Notes under the pieces: model-generated
The model's database searches: none
Told to the model about the DNA's origin: nothing
Seen by the model: the letters and a program-made list of their open reading frames with translations, nothing else
Assembly: GCA_002633005.1 (NCBI GenBank)
Contig: NMRA01000150.1
Span: forward strand, 30,071-94,070
Length of the DNA stretch: 64,000 nucleotides
Direction: 5' to 3'
Source: Phoronis australis
Lineage: Eukaryota > Animalia > Phoronida
Part shown: positions 20,852 through 33,302 of the stretch, one piece after another
Layout: each line of letters opens with the position of its first letter
Position numbering within the stretch: position 1 is the first letter of the stretch
Translations under genes and position numbers: made by a program

Positions 20852-23800
20852 TGTTGCATCGTTAGTCTAATAAAACAAGTATTAAATCAGGAACTAACGT
20901 GTATTGTTTATGTCAGACGATCGACGTACCGGAAGTGACTGCTTACATTTATACTACTCGAATGTAACAACGCTACACTCCTTCCATACTACAGAGTGAA
21001 GATTCCTACTCAATAAATGTTCCTGAAGATCTAAACAAAACGTGACAACTTGCTAATAAATGTTAATTAAGTGGCACCTAAGATCTAGTGCAAACAGGTA
21101 CACTAAATGAAAACAGAAGTAAACAACTACATGCTACTTGAATGCTAGAGTAATCTTAAACAAGTAAGAACAAGAACTGGAATCTCATCTCTTGGGGGAC
21201 TGGGACTAGATGTAGACAGTTTCTTGCTAGATGTAGTAGATGTTGTAGAATCGATCTGGGTAGATCCATCTTCTTTGTCTTCTTCGTTGGTGTCTATGTT
21301 ACCATGGATCTGTCGGAAGTGTGAGGATTTACGGGTTATCATCTGTTGTCCTCGTTGTGCTGTAATCATGCTGCCTTTCTTATCAGTGACAGTGAAAGGT
21401 GACAGTTGGAACGGCGGTGTTGTTTTGTTCAACTTGGGTTGCTTCACTAGCACGTGATCTCCTGGTCGTAGATTCGAAGTCTGTGTATGTCAGCGGTTAT
21501 CAGCATATGACTTCATCTTGGCCTTGCTGGAGGTGTCATTCTCAACGATGCAATTGTGAACTGAAACGTTGTTGAGACACTGATGTATGGTGGGTAGACC
21601 AATGTTCATCTTTCGATCAGTGAGGGCTTCAAACGGAGATGTCTTGGTAGAGGAGTGAGGCGTCGCTCTGTACTGGGAAAGAAAGGTGGGAAGTTGCGTC
21701 TTCCAATTCTCTTGGGCTGCTGTTGCTGCTCGTATGTACTTATTCAGAGTTCGCATGAATCTCTGCTTCGCCATTTGCTTCTGGCCACAACGGCGTAACT
21801 TTCTTGTGAACAATTCCGAACTGTTGAGCGAAGGCTGAGAACTCATGGCTGCTGAATGGCGGTCCATTGTTGGTCTTGAGTTTGTGAGGGTTGCCTTGTC
21901 GAGCAAAGATCATCTCGAGTTTCGGAATCACAGCCTTTGCTGAAGTAGACGAGATGATTTCTACTTCTGGATATCTGCTGTATTCATCAATAATTACAAG
22001 AAGATATTCTCCCGTAGGAAATGGACCCGCAAAATCCATGGCGAAGGAATGCCAAGATTCCACTGGAAGGTCAGTAGGTACAATTGGTTCTCTGTGAGGT
22101 TGTCCAGGGTTTGACGCTTGGCATGGAATACATCCGCTCACAGCCTTTTCTACAGCCTTTTCAATACCACTGAACCACACCTTTTCTCGGATGAGCTGTT
22201 TGGTTTTCACCACACCTTGATGGGACTTGTGGGCAATAGTGATTACACGCTTCTGGAGGCTCTCAGGAATGACCATTCTTTGTCCTCAAAGAACAATTCC
22301 ATCTGCGACAGATAGTTCGTCCCTGAACGATGTGAACGAGCTCAGTTTTGCTGTGTTCCAAATTCCAGTTTCGATAGCTGTTACCAGCGCCTGTATCACT
22401 GGATCTTCTTGGCTCGCTGCATGTACCTCTTCTACAGTCATTGACTTCGGGACTGCAGTCTTCATTACACACTAAATGTAAGCTTCTGTGTTTTGTCGAT
22501 TCGGCTGTCACTGGATGACGACTCATGTAGTCTGCTGGGTTGTTCTCATCTTTTCGTGAACGATACTGCACGGTCATATCATATGGCATAAGTCGTAGTC
22601 TCCATCACTCCATTCTTGCTGTGGTCGGCTTCTGGCTCTTGATTATACCAAGCAAAGGTTTATGATCAGTGGTGATCGTGAAGGTTGAGCCATAAATGTA
22701 GATATGGAACTTTTCAACTCCAAAGACAAGTGCGAGCATTTCTCGGTCTGTCTGTGAGTATCGTGTCTCAGGGTCAGTGAGTGCACGGCTTGCATACAAG
22801 ATGACTTTATCTTCTTGCATCAAGACAGCACCTAGGCCAACTGGGCTTGCGTCGACTAGTATTTCGGTTTTCTTCTGATGGTCGAAATATGTACTGAGGT
22901 ACTTGTCAGCGCATCCTTCAGGTTATTGAAAGCTGTCTCTTCATCTTTGCCCCATGACCATGTGACGTCCTTCTTGGTGAGACGTCGTAACGGTTCAACA
23001 ATGGTGGCATAATGACAAATAAATCTGGAAAGGTACTGCGCCATTCCGAGTAGAGATCGAACTTCTGCAGATGAGGAAGGAGCATTCATGTCGATGATGG
23101 CCTGAGTCTTGGACGGTTGTGGAGATATGCCTTGTGCACCAAACGTATGGCCATAGAAGGTAAGTTCATTCACAGAGAATAGGCACTTCTCTTTGTTGAG
23201 CTTAGCACCACTGTCGTCCAGCCTCTTCAGTGTTGCTTGTAGGGTTGCATCGTGTTCCATCTGGGTTTTGCAGAAGACAATTATGTCGTCTAGAGGTTCT
23301 TGGCACCTGGGATGTCCTGAAGTAACTGTGCAATAGTATTCTGAAATAGTTCAGCTGCAGCGTTGATTCCAAACAGTAGTCTCTTTTATCGTCGTACATG
23401 TGTTGTAAATGTGGTGATGAAACGACTTTCTTCGTCCAACTCTAGTTGATGGTAGGCACTTGACATGTCTAACTTGCTGTAGCCTCACTCAGGTCACGGA
23501 TAAGGTCATCAATAGTCGGCATGATGTGCTTGGTTCGCTTAATCGCTTTATTGGCTTCTCTCATGTCAACACACAGTCGTACGCCTTCTTTCTTGGGTAT
23601 TACTACAACTGGGCTAATCCATGGGGTGGGGCCGTTGACTTCCTCAATCACGTCGAGATCGGTCAGTCGTGCAATTTCTTGTTCGACATCTTTTCGCACG
23701 TGAAATGGAATGCGTCGATGCCTCTGAGTTTTCGGTTGTATGCTGTCATCGATGTGGAGCTTGATCTTGACATCTTTGAGTTTGCCAATGCCTGGAGAAA

Positions 23801-25352
23801 ACAGGAGAATACTCTTCACTCTCCGGGATGGATGACTGGAAGGCATACTGGATGAGACCAAGTGCTTGGGCGGTTTGTCCACAAAGTAGGCTGCAAGTGG
23901 GACGTTCTCGTCGAATCAGGTAGAAGGTCGCCATGCATTTAGAGCCATTACACGCCACTTCCGTTTTGAAGGAGCCCACTACGTCGAGGCATGCATCTTG
24001 TGCGTATGCGTAAATCTTCGTCGAGCAGGGTTGTTGTGTAGGTCTCTCAGGAAAATGCTGTAGCATGGACTCGGGAATAATATTCACTGAAGCTCCCGTA
24101 TCTACAATGAATTCTACTGATGTATCAAGGAGTTAAATATTGACCCTCGGGACGTTGCCTTTGACAGTATCAGCAGTGAACACGTATTTGGAGTCGGAAT
24201 CGCTGTCGTGCTCACCAGTGTCTTCTCGACCGATTTGGCTGACTTGCTTTGATCTGTAAACTTGTGCGAAATGTCCAACTTTTCCACAGTTCAGACAGTC
24301 TCTCCCTTTTGCAGGACATATGGTGTTCGCAGGATGGGGAAAATCTCCACCACAGTTTCGACACACTCGGTTTCGTTTTCGCCAGTTGTTGTTGGGCTTG
24401 TGGTTGTTACTGGTGTGGGTCTGCCCTGATGACGTTCGCTTCGGGACTCGCGAGTTGAATGGTTTCTTGGGTCTGTGCTGGTCCTGTGGTTTGAACTGAT
24501 GGGGCGACTGTGATTTGTGCTTGTGCAATGTTAGCGAGTTGACACCCTTTTCAATGTCACTGGCATGTTGTTCAGAGAGTTTGAGTGCATGTGCTTCGTC
24601 AAGAGCTTGTGTCAGCGTCATGTTGTCTCGTAGGCCACAACGGCGGAGTCGAGTGGAGGTGAACCCATGAAGAATGTTAAGATCTCACGATCTGTGTCAT
24701 GAAAGTCACATGTGGCTGCAAGTGTTCTCAAGCGAGTGTGAAACGAGTCAATTGTCTCTGATGGTTCCTGCACCGCTTGCCTGAATTTGTATGTTTCATA
24801 TGCAGTGTTTTGCTTAGGCGTGAAGTAAGTAGTGAAGCTTTGTTTCACAGTATCATAGGCATCTTCTTCACCCTGTTGAGCGTCTGTCATGCTATCATAG
24901 ATATCAAACCCCTTTTCGCCTATGTAATGTAGTAATAGGGCTTTCTTACGTTTAGTGTCAGTAATGTTCAAGGCTTAAAGCATGTTTTCAAACTTGTTTA
25001 GCCATTTCATCCACCTACTACCCGCGGATTGTTCATTGGCGTGTACCAGAAACGGGGGAAAGGCAGGTAGGGATGTCATATCAACAGCACGGACTCAGCG
25101 TGTACGGGCGAGGACAGCTCAAATATACTGCAAATGTCAGTTCGTGACAGTTTATGTAGGAATAACACGTATCCCTGTGACTTGTCGGTTGTTATTGGGG
25201 TCTTGTCGATCCTCATCGCCAGTGTTGCATCATTAGTTAGTCTAATAAAACAAGTATTAAATCAGGAACTAACGTGTATTGTGTATGTCAGACGATCGAC
25301 GTACCGGAAGTGACTCCTTACATTTATACTACTCAAATGTAACAACACTACA
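20852..25352 (-). mobile_element. Decayed Ty3/Gypsy (Mag-like) LTR retrotransposon
   Basis: LTRs 25223-25352 (5') and 20852-20977 (3'), differing by a few substitutions and a 4-bp indel. TSD ACGTC (20847-20851, 25353-25357). PBS TGGCGATGAGGAT (25221-25209, tRNA-Ser-like); PPT GGAAGGAG at 20985-20978. Confidence 0.93.
21145..25079 (-). pseudogene. Gypsy gag-pol, multiply frameshifted
   Basis: gag (KALLLHYIG, FRQAVQEPSETIDSFHTRLR, CRNCG...CLNCGKVGHFA), protease (VDTGASVNII), RT (WISPVVVIPK..VRLCVDMR, AYHQLEL), RNase H (YASRAL..YSQTDREMLA, TDHKPL), integrase (HQG..C..CQ, MDFAGP, IDEYSRYP, YRATPH). Order PR-RT-RH-IN. Confidence 0.92.
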
Positions 25353-25357
25353 ACGTC

Positions 25358-26700
25358 TATATGTCTGCGGTTATTACCAAATCCACAGTCCATTATTACA
25401 CGCTCGAAAGGCATTTCTCTGTCGTTCTTCACTTGTGGTGTGATCATTTGGATGACAATTACAATAACATTTGTGTCGGAAGCCCTGATCAATGCATTGC
25501 CATTTGAGTTGGCTAAGTGGTAGGCAAGAAGCGCGTCGGCTTCTTGGTGGGAGCCTTGAAGATCTGGTGGATGATCAGCTGCCGTGGTACCACTGTAAGA
25601 AAGGCGAATACAGTTGCCGCCATGTTAGACAACAAGTGTTTTCTCCCCAAGAATTGGTCCATATGTTTACCTAGCAACTTGCTTTTTCTGTATTGATCAT
25701 GGATCCGTCAGAGTACGCAATGGACAGTGGATACTGTGTAATTGGAAACGTTGTCACATATCGAATGTCAAAAACTGACATTTCCGAAATGATAACTAGT
25801 AAACAAATGAAAACGTCTCGAAGGCTCTCAGCTGTTGACTTGTCCTTGGCAAGAGGCTGCTCCTTGTTTATGCTTTCTTTTGTAAAGTTGTACACTTTTT
25901 GTCTTCTAATTGGCTTCAAAAAACTCTGCTTCTGAGTTGAACACTGGTCTTGGAATTCCAGTCGGAGTTTGTGTCCAGCATCAAGACACCCGCTTAGATA
26001 CTCTTGGATTTCTTGTGTGACTGCTTTGACCAGCAGCAAAATTCACCAGTCGAATGTTGTTGCTAGCTCTGAAAAGGGGTCTCAGGAATTTGAAATTGCA
26101 TTCATCAGTTGGTCTTTGTCGTGGGTATCTTTTTCAATTCTACTTCCTGGTAGAGATGCATTGCTGGTTCCTCGTCAGATTCCTCAACTCCGCAACAGAC
26201 ATTCCTCGTTGAGTTGATGTAATGCACCATCTTCTTCTCATGGTAGAGTTGGAATTGTGAAAATTCCTAATTCCTTTCATAGGTGAAGCTGCGTCTCTGT
26301 TAACATTCTGTTAAGCGTTAAATCTATTGCTGACCTTGAAAAATTTTGCTAGTTCTTGTAACTGAGAACGCCCCTGATTCCAGAATCATCCGAGTTTGCG
26401 GTGTGACGTTTTTGAGCTGGTCGAGAAAAAGACAACCACAGCGAGCGTAATTAGGTCGGAAATACTTCTATGTAGTCCTCAATGTTGGTTGTGCACAAAG
26501 CACGCATCAGTTTCCTGTGGAGATGATTAATCATGTATACATACATTCCCCAGAACTTCACAGTCTGCCTGAGCTTTCCGCACAGTAAGTCTATAAAGAA
26601 TGAATTGTACTCAGCCATGTGACTTTGAAATGTTGGGTGTGTTTTCAGGAACTCTTCTTGTCTGTCTAAAGAGATGTGTTTGAATTAATCACTTCACCTA
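25358..26700 (-). pseudogene. Academ ORF remnant, central part (upstream of the Gypsy insertion)
   Basis: RPNYAR at ~26455, FPITQYPLSIAYSDGS, DLQGSHQEAD, IRASDTNVIVI, MDCGFGNNRRHIDV running directly into the Gypsy TSD. The frame continues on the other side at 20846. Confidence 0.72.
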
Positions 26701-27189
26701 CCAGCCCTTGTTACCGTAACATGTCGTTGTTTTATATTTATTTAAATAGCATTGGAAGTCCAGTGTGTGGCTGCGTACCAAATTAGGGGTGATCTGTATT
26801 TTATCACGGAGGACATGATATCGGCCATCGACAAATATCGACTCCGCGAAACTAAAACATTGCAAACAGTATACACCGCACTAAATTTTGAAATCATGTA
26901 AAAATTTATCAAAAACTCACCATGATGCGAGTTAGCGGCCTTACATCTTGACACCCGTCTGCTTTTTGATTGTTGTGATAGTGTCATGAGAGTAAACTCA
27001 GGCTTTAGAGAATGAAAGTTTTATTTTCCTGCTGTCCCGCTTTTTGCATTTAACTTATAAATACACCACTTTTGTCACCAATTGAGAATATATGTACTTC
27101 GATTTCCTTGGTGCGATTTTTAACATCTTGTTGTCCAGTTGTTTGGGTTTCCCACCTGATTACTTGAACTAGCGGAGGGAAGCTTCACG

Positions 27190-28087
27190 TACAATTGTAG
27201 CTCCAGTTTTAGGGTCCTTTCTGGGTTTCTGGCTGACTACTTCCAGAGTAAAAGTTGCCTTTCATGGGTCATTGGGTGTTCAGTGCAGCACGGTTGTTGG
27301 TTTTAAATCAGCTTAAGCCGATACCTTGAAAATATGTCTCAAAAATGGCATTCTGTGGTGAGATTTTTGAGGGTTTCTGCCAGGCACATTCCAGAGTGTA
27401 TTTTGTCTGTAATAGGGCATTTAGTGACCTGTGACATGCATTGAATCTCATGGAATTGTTTTTTTGTGGTACCTCGAGTGTATGTGTTATCTCATTTTTG
27501 GGGTCCTTTTTTGGTTTCTGCCGGACCCTTTCCAGAGTGCAGTTTGTATGTCATGGGTCATTCGGTGTTCAATGCGGTTCTGTTGTTTGTTTAAAATCAG
27601 TTTTGGCCGTAACCTTGAAAATCTAGTCTAGCTCAAATTTTTGATGGCATACTGTGGTTGAGATTTTTGGGGGTTTCTGCCGGGCACAACCCAGAGTGTA
27701 ATTTGTCTGTCATAGGGGTTTTAGTGATCTGTGACATGTATTGAATCATATGGAGTTGGTTTTTTGTGGTACCTCAAATGTATGTGCTAGCTCATTTTAG
27801 GGGAGTCCTTTTTGGTTTCTGCCGGACCCATTCCAGAGCGCAAATTGTCTGTCATGAGTCATTTGGTGTTTAGTGTGATAGTATTGTTAGTTTTAAATCA
27901 GTTTTGGCCCGTTCCTCGAATATCTAGTCTAGCTCATTTTTTTGGCCCTTTCTAAGGATCCCCAGGGGTCACACCCAGAGTGCAGACAACGGCAGACGTT
28001 CATTTCTGTACCTACTGAGGTGGACTCTAAATGCTCCCGTGGTCAGATGTTGGTACCTCGTTCATCTTTGCTAAGTGCTCTGGGCTG
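27190..28087 (-). repeat. Right TIR of the Academ element (~3 subrepeat units)
   Basis: Reverse complement of 13715-14526 and 18851-19350. Confidence 0.8.
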
Positions 28088-29716
28088 CTGGTCTAGTATG
28101 CCTAATCATAGAATATACAGTCAATGGCCTAATCCATTACCTAATGCAATTCTTTGACTCCTGAATCCTAAACCTGTCTTCAGATGCATAGTGTTATGAC
28201 CAGCTGACTACGCTGTCAGGTGTGCCTTTGAAATCAAGAGCCAAATATTTTTTTGACAATCCAGGCCAATTAAGACACTGTTTGGACACACTTGGAGTGG
28301 CTCTGGATTGTACTACGCTTGGTTGCATTCTTTTCATGTAGGAGCATTTTAGTTACTGGGTAATTTATAATATTTCTCAAGGTAAATAATGTTTCCATTG
28401 ATGCTGTTATCCTAGTGGAATTGTGTTGGCATAGGTGTCTCTGCTCACCATTTGGATGGGGAAGGGGGTGGGAGATCTAGTTATTTTTAGCACTATTGCA
28501 CGGGTTTAAACAGAGTCTAGGGATGAACCTGCTTAAATAAGTTTTTGGAGTTAAACATGATTGAAATGTTGTTTGCAATGTAATGATGATTTCTCAAAAT
28601 CATTTGTCTTTTCAAAACCTGTCTTCCCTTTCTGCAAGTGTTAGACTCTTCCAACTATTGATAAGGTTGCACCCACCTGTCTTCAGTCTCTATCAGCTGA
28701 AAGGAAAGCTGGGTGGTTACTGTGGCAAAGGGACTCTTATAAGATAACATGCCTAGGTCATTATCTCTTACATGTGGCAAATCAAACTGGAAATTGGTGA
28801 ATTCAGTTACAAGAACTGTTTGAACTGAGTATTTATAGGGGATATAACTTAGAAATTCTAGTAGATTTTGGGTTTCATGTTCAGAAAAAATTTGGATTAC
28901 GGTCATTACTGAAGTATCTAGATAAGGAAAGACTCGTACCTAACCTTTGACTTTAGAAAATAATTCATAGAGTAGATGTGAGTCTTTCCAGCTTACCTTA
29001 TGAGTAGCCTTTATCATACCGTGAAACACGTCAGTAAGTATTTCTAGTTATTTGCTACTCTTTTCAGCAAAAGTATGTGTGGGTGAATTTTTGAGGTAAT
29101 AGAATGGTGAAAAAGTGCAAATATACTACCTGGAATAGGGTCTTGGACTTGAAGCCTATCTTCAACAATAACACATGTAAATTTGGTTCCTGCAGTATGC
29201 AAAGAGCATTGCTCTGAGCCCACTAATGCCATAAATTGCCAAAATGTAATGAACTGTTAGGCGTATTAGTTTGCTTTTGTTTACATCACTTCGAGAATCA
29301 CCTTTTAATTCAAACAGCTGCGAATAATACCCGCACACAATGGTGTTCTATTCAGACCCCTATTCCATACAACCTTTTGTTGTTTGTGCTGGGATCTCGC
29401 GGTGACGCAACATGGCAGGAAAAGGCAGCTTCACTTATCATTTGACGGGCTTACATTTACGTGATTGAACTGGCATTTCCTTACTTTACTAAGGCTATGC
29501 TAGGACTATCTGGTTAGCCCAATACATCTAAAATAACAAAATTCCGTTGAAGGTAGGGTTTAAGTCCATCGTGGATTGAACTTTCCTCTGTAGTGGAGAT
29601 AGAAAGATAACATTGTGTGACTGACCAACTTTCCAAAATGTTGACAAGGGGAGTACATCCAGTACTGTTATTTTGCCCTTTGTGCCAATTTCGTGGTGTC
29701 ATCATTGCAACTCTAA

Positions 29717-29884
29717 AGGGAAAGGCAACATTTTTTCTTATCATATTTAGCAAAAATAAGGTACTTTGATTATCCTAGACATATATTTCACTTAATTACA
29801 GTTCATAATTCAGTTAATTATTCATCCTTTACTCCGGAAGTGACGTATTGAGAGGTAAGAATTTCGCGCCAATTTATTTTCATA
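29717..29884 (+). mobile_element. Terminal fragment of the Kolobok-like element seen at 58031-59603
   Basis: AGGGAAAGGCAACATTTTTT..TTTAGCAAAAATAAGGT..CCGGAAGTGACG..AAGAATTTCGCGCCAATTT matches 58031-58440. Cut off at CATA by the family B element. Confidence 0.7.
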
Positions 29885-29886
29885 TA

Positions 29887-31040
29887 CCGTATTCGCCGTA
29901 ATAACCGCCATGCACCTATAAGCGCCCCCCAAGCGTTTTCAGACTTTGCTGAAATAAGCGCCTAGTCCATGAACGTGTACATGCGAACAATGATGTACCT
30001 ACTGTCCTAAAACTCGGCTACAGTAACGTCTTCAATTTATCAAAAAAGTTTGCACGGGTCTTCTAGACCACCAGCGGCACTGCTACGCTTGTATTTAGCC
30101 GTGACTATACACTTCAAAGTAATGCAGCGCTTCAAAAAGAACGCAACAGCGTTGCTACTCTCGCGACGACCGTGTCCCACTATGGTCTGACCTTTCAGTA
30201 AAGACACATTGACTGTCTCATGAATAAAAATAACTCTGTGTTAAACACACGTGGCCAGGAAGCGCGCGCTACATATATGAACCTGTCATCAAAGACATTA
30301 GTCGGGAACTATCCATTCATGAAACGGGTAGCATAGCATCGGCAAGAAATGAATATTGGCACTAATTTCCGACAATACTATAATACTATAAAACATGTTT
30401 GCGTTATTTTTGAGATGGATTGTTTGATTAACCATAATTGGTGTTTTTAAGCTGAATATCCGATAAAATGACAACTGACAGTGAATGCTTACACACCCTT
30501 GTACCAAAAAATAACTGTCAGATATTTTACGCACGCATCCAGCTACACGGCGACTAATATGGGCCTTACCAAGACAAATGTCGAACGTTTTTAACACATG
30601 AGACTGGCAAGTGCTGAATGAAACATGCTCTGGTTTAGGCCTACTCCTTGTGCAAATTTCTTTAGACACAATGATGCACATCTAGCTCGTTAGATTGCGT
30701 GACTCTGGCCAAAAGACGGTCTCTGCTTTGGCAAATGAACTCTGGTGACACACATGCGCTCGCTTACTCACAAACGCAGATGAACTTCAAAACAAACGTC
30801 ACGTGACAACAACATGTGTGTTCGTCCAGACATTTTTCTCGCCGTGTTGCCGATCATACATGTAGATGGCACGATGTTGCACAGATTCCATTTAAACCTG
30901 CCATTAATCCAGGCTCCACGGGGACTCAAAAAAAATCTTAGGGACGCTACTTAGAAAACTTAATGAAGATTTCAGGTAATTTGCTTGAGTCGAAACTATT
31001 TTTATTCAGGCATTGAAGTCGCCATATCTGATTTAAACGT
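29887..31040 (+). mobile_element. Non-autonomous Tc1/pogo-like element, family B copy 1 (3'-truncated)
   Basis: TA|CCGTATTCGCCGTAATAACCGCC..TATAAGCGCCCCCC. Colinear with 56958-59872 over ~1.1 kb; carries the empty TTAA site (30959-30962). Confidence 0.75.
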
Positions 31041-31249
31041 CATTAGGTGAAATCAAGGTAGTCCAGTCTGACGCTCTTCCCAGTAGGTGCGAGGTTCAGG
31101 ACGAGCTTCAGGATGTCATCTTTCCGTAGCTAAAAACTGTCCGTTTCCTTTGGCCACATAAGCAATCCACTCATTTTACTGGACGTATGTAAGAAGTTGA
31201 CATCCACAGGCAAGTCATCATCTTATGTGTCCACGACTTGGCTGAGTTA

Positions 31250-32420
31250 TCGGCAACCTTCCTATTTACAAACAACAAAATAGTCTTGCTTCACTTGTAT
31301 CTTGACATCCTTGGTCTCATCTTCAGCAATGTTTTCTCTGACAACGTGCTTCTTCCAACCGCAACCACCATCGTCAAACTGGCATCACTGAACATTTTTC
31401 ACAAGCGTATGTGGTTTCTCTTGTGTGGAGGGTTACACAGCCATTCCCATGTATCTTCACAGTGCCCTTGACAGTATCTGGTTTCTTGATTTAACACTCC
31501 TCGAGCCGTTCTCGAATTCGTCAAGCGGTATCTTACAGTGGTGGCCCAGGCGAAGAAATTGTCTGTCTTGAATGATGGCTTTTTCTTGCTTCACGGCATT
31601 ATCTGCCTGCCGTTTTGATGATCCTCCCCATCCGTCGCATGGTCTCTTACCATGCCCTGCCTCGAAATATTGCCATGAGGCTCGGACGCCACATATATTG
31701 TGAAATCTTCTCATCAAGTTGCAGATTGTTTTGTTCCTATACTGTGGTTTTTGTGACTTGATCCAGGATTGGTCTCTATTCCTGTGAGTTTCCAGGAATT
31801 TGTCTGGGTTTGTGCATTTGGTGACTTTCAAGTCTTTCAAACATCTCATGTTCAGTGCAAATTTCTGATGCATGGTGCTCAAGCAAACTGATCTCTATGA
31901 GAAGCTTACCAGGACAATATGCGATGGTCCTGCTTGGCAGAACGTCGCCAAGGACATCTGGCAAGTGGACTCAGAAAGGAATTTGTGGTGCAGGTTATGC
32001 ATGTAATCGTTTAGTGCTCAGCTTCTGAATATTGGTTTTCTCAACTTTAACTGCGTCAGCTTTACCAGGCAACATTCTTGAATTGTCGTCTCATTCAGAT
32101 TCCCTGACCGAGTTTTTCCGCTTTCCCAAATTCAGCAGCTTCATCCCTTCCATGGTTCTTCTGTTCAACTTTGTGTAGTTTTCCATCGTAGACTTTCAGT
32201 TATACCTCTTCACAATTTTGCCAGTAACAACAGGCATAATATATTTCTTGGTTCTGATTGACTATGAAGCCTGCTTTATCTCCTCAGCGACACATTCGGC
32301 AAATAAAACTTTCTTTTTGAGATGCACTGCTTCTGATGGATTGACACCTGCATCTTTCAGAAGCTTCATCGTTTCAAAGTTTGGAAAATTAAGACAATTC
32401 CTAGACTTAAGAAGTCAAAA
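31250..32420 (-). pseudogene. Degenerate DNA-transposon transposase fragment (Sola2-like, tentative)
   Basis: QYRNKTI...ASWQYFEAGHGKRPCDGWGGSSKRQADNAVKQ...IQD, the QY.N / HGK..CDG.GG..KR signature. Superfamily assignment is from memory of the motif. Confidence 0.6.
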
Positions 32421-32784
32421 ATGAAATTAAGTCAGTTTCTTGGAATGGGCCCGAGGTCTTGCAGTCTTAAGCATTCATATGCCATCTGATCAGAAGGCAA
32501 ATTGTACAACTAATCTATTGTCTGAAAACAAGTCACGTATGAATATTTGTTTGACACCTGATCTGCCTTGTTATTGTCAGACCCCAAATCAGACTGGCAG
32601 ATCAATCTATTTTATGCATTAACATTATTAATGTGTTAATTTCTTGTAAGAGGGTAAGTAAAATGCTTTGTGAATGCATGTTTTTAAGTGTCTGATCTGG
32701 CTTCTGATCAAACATTCTATTTAGCTTCTTTTAAAAGTTTCACATGTGAACGTGTTGTTCCAGTTATTGAATTCTCTATTTTAG

Positions 32785-32859
32785 GGAAGGTGTTTTGTTT
32801 GGGTTGGGCAACCCTCTACTGGATATTTCGGCGGTGACGGAAGAGTCCTTTTTAAAAAA
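32785..32859 (+). CDS. ADK: Adenosine kinase exon 2
   Basis: ttttag|G GAA GGT...: EGVLFGLGNPLLDISAVTEESFLK(K)|gtaatt. GNPLLDIS is the ADK substrate-binding motif. Confidence 0.96.
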
Positions 32860-32918
32860 GTAATTATACTATTTTCGTTTTTCACTGACAGGTATATTTA
32901 GTGATTGATAGAATGTCT

Positions 32919-33142
32919 GATGCGCGCACCCAGGGGAGGCTCGAATGAGCCCCCCCATTTGGCAAAGTGGGCAAAAGGATCTGCCTGAGGGAAACGAAAA
33001 CTCTGAAAAAAGGTAGAAAACGAGACAAAACTCCACTAAAAAGGCACAATTCATTGCTCTGAACTTACTCAGTAAATCTTAGTAAAAGGTTCACATTCTC
33101 AAAAATTTGAGCCCCCCATTTTTTAGACTGGGTGCGCGCATG
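32919..33142. mobile_element. MITE, second copy of the 2793-3016 family
   Basis: GATGCGCGCACCCAG...CTGGGTGCGCGCATG with TGTCT on both flanks (5-bp TSD). Confidence 0.8.
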
Positions 33143-33248
33143 TGTCTTCAATAATTTGATTAGTTGGCTATTTATTGATATTTTGCCAAAAAATTGAAAT
33201 TAATAATTATTGTCATCTTGTAAATTTGATTAATCCTCAATTTTTCAG

Positions 33249-33302
33249 ATATGGTCTTGAAGCTAACAATGCAATCTTGGCTGAAGACAAGCATCTTCCC
33301 AT
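33249..33302 (+). CDS. ADK: Adenosine kinase exon 3
   Basis: tttttcag|A TAT: YGLEANNAILAEDKHLP(M)|gtgagc; phases fit the neighbouring exons. Confidence 0.95.

Larger units (their letters stand above)
13715..28087 (-). mobile_element. Decayed Academ (AcademX-type) DNA transposon with long subrepeated TIRs, hosting three younger insertions
   Basis: Left end TAGCCGAGAGCACTTAGCATAGCTGAACGAGGTACCAACATCTGACCACGGGAGC; right end mirror GCTCCCGTGGTCAGATGTTGGTACCTCGTTCATCTTTGCTAAGTGCTCTGGGCTG. Internal minus-strand remnants NYAR, HQEAD, SDTNV, LPGLHAMTGCD, LPPPC..RAHY..W match FEN1/XPG-type motifs. TAG termini plus XPG domain are Academ hallmarks. No TSD visible. Confidence 0.75.
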
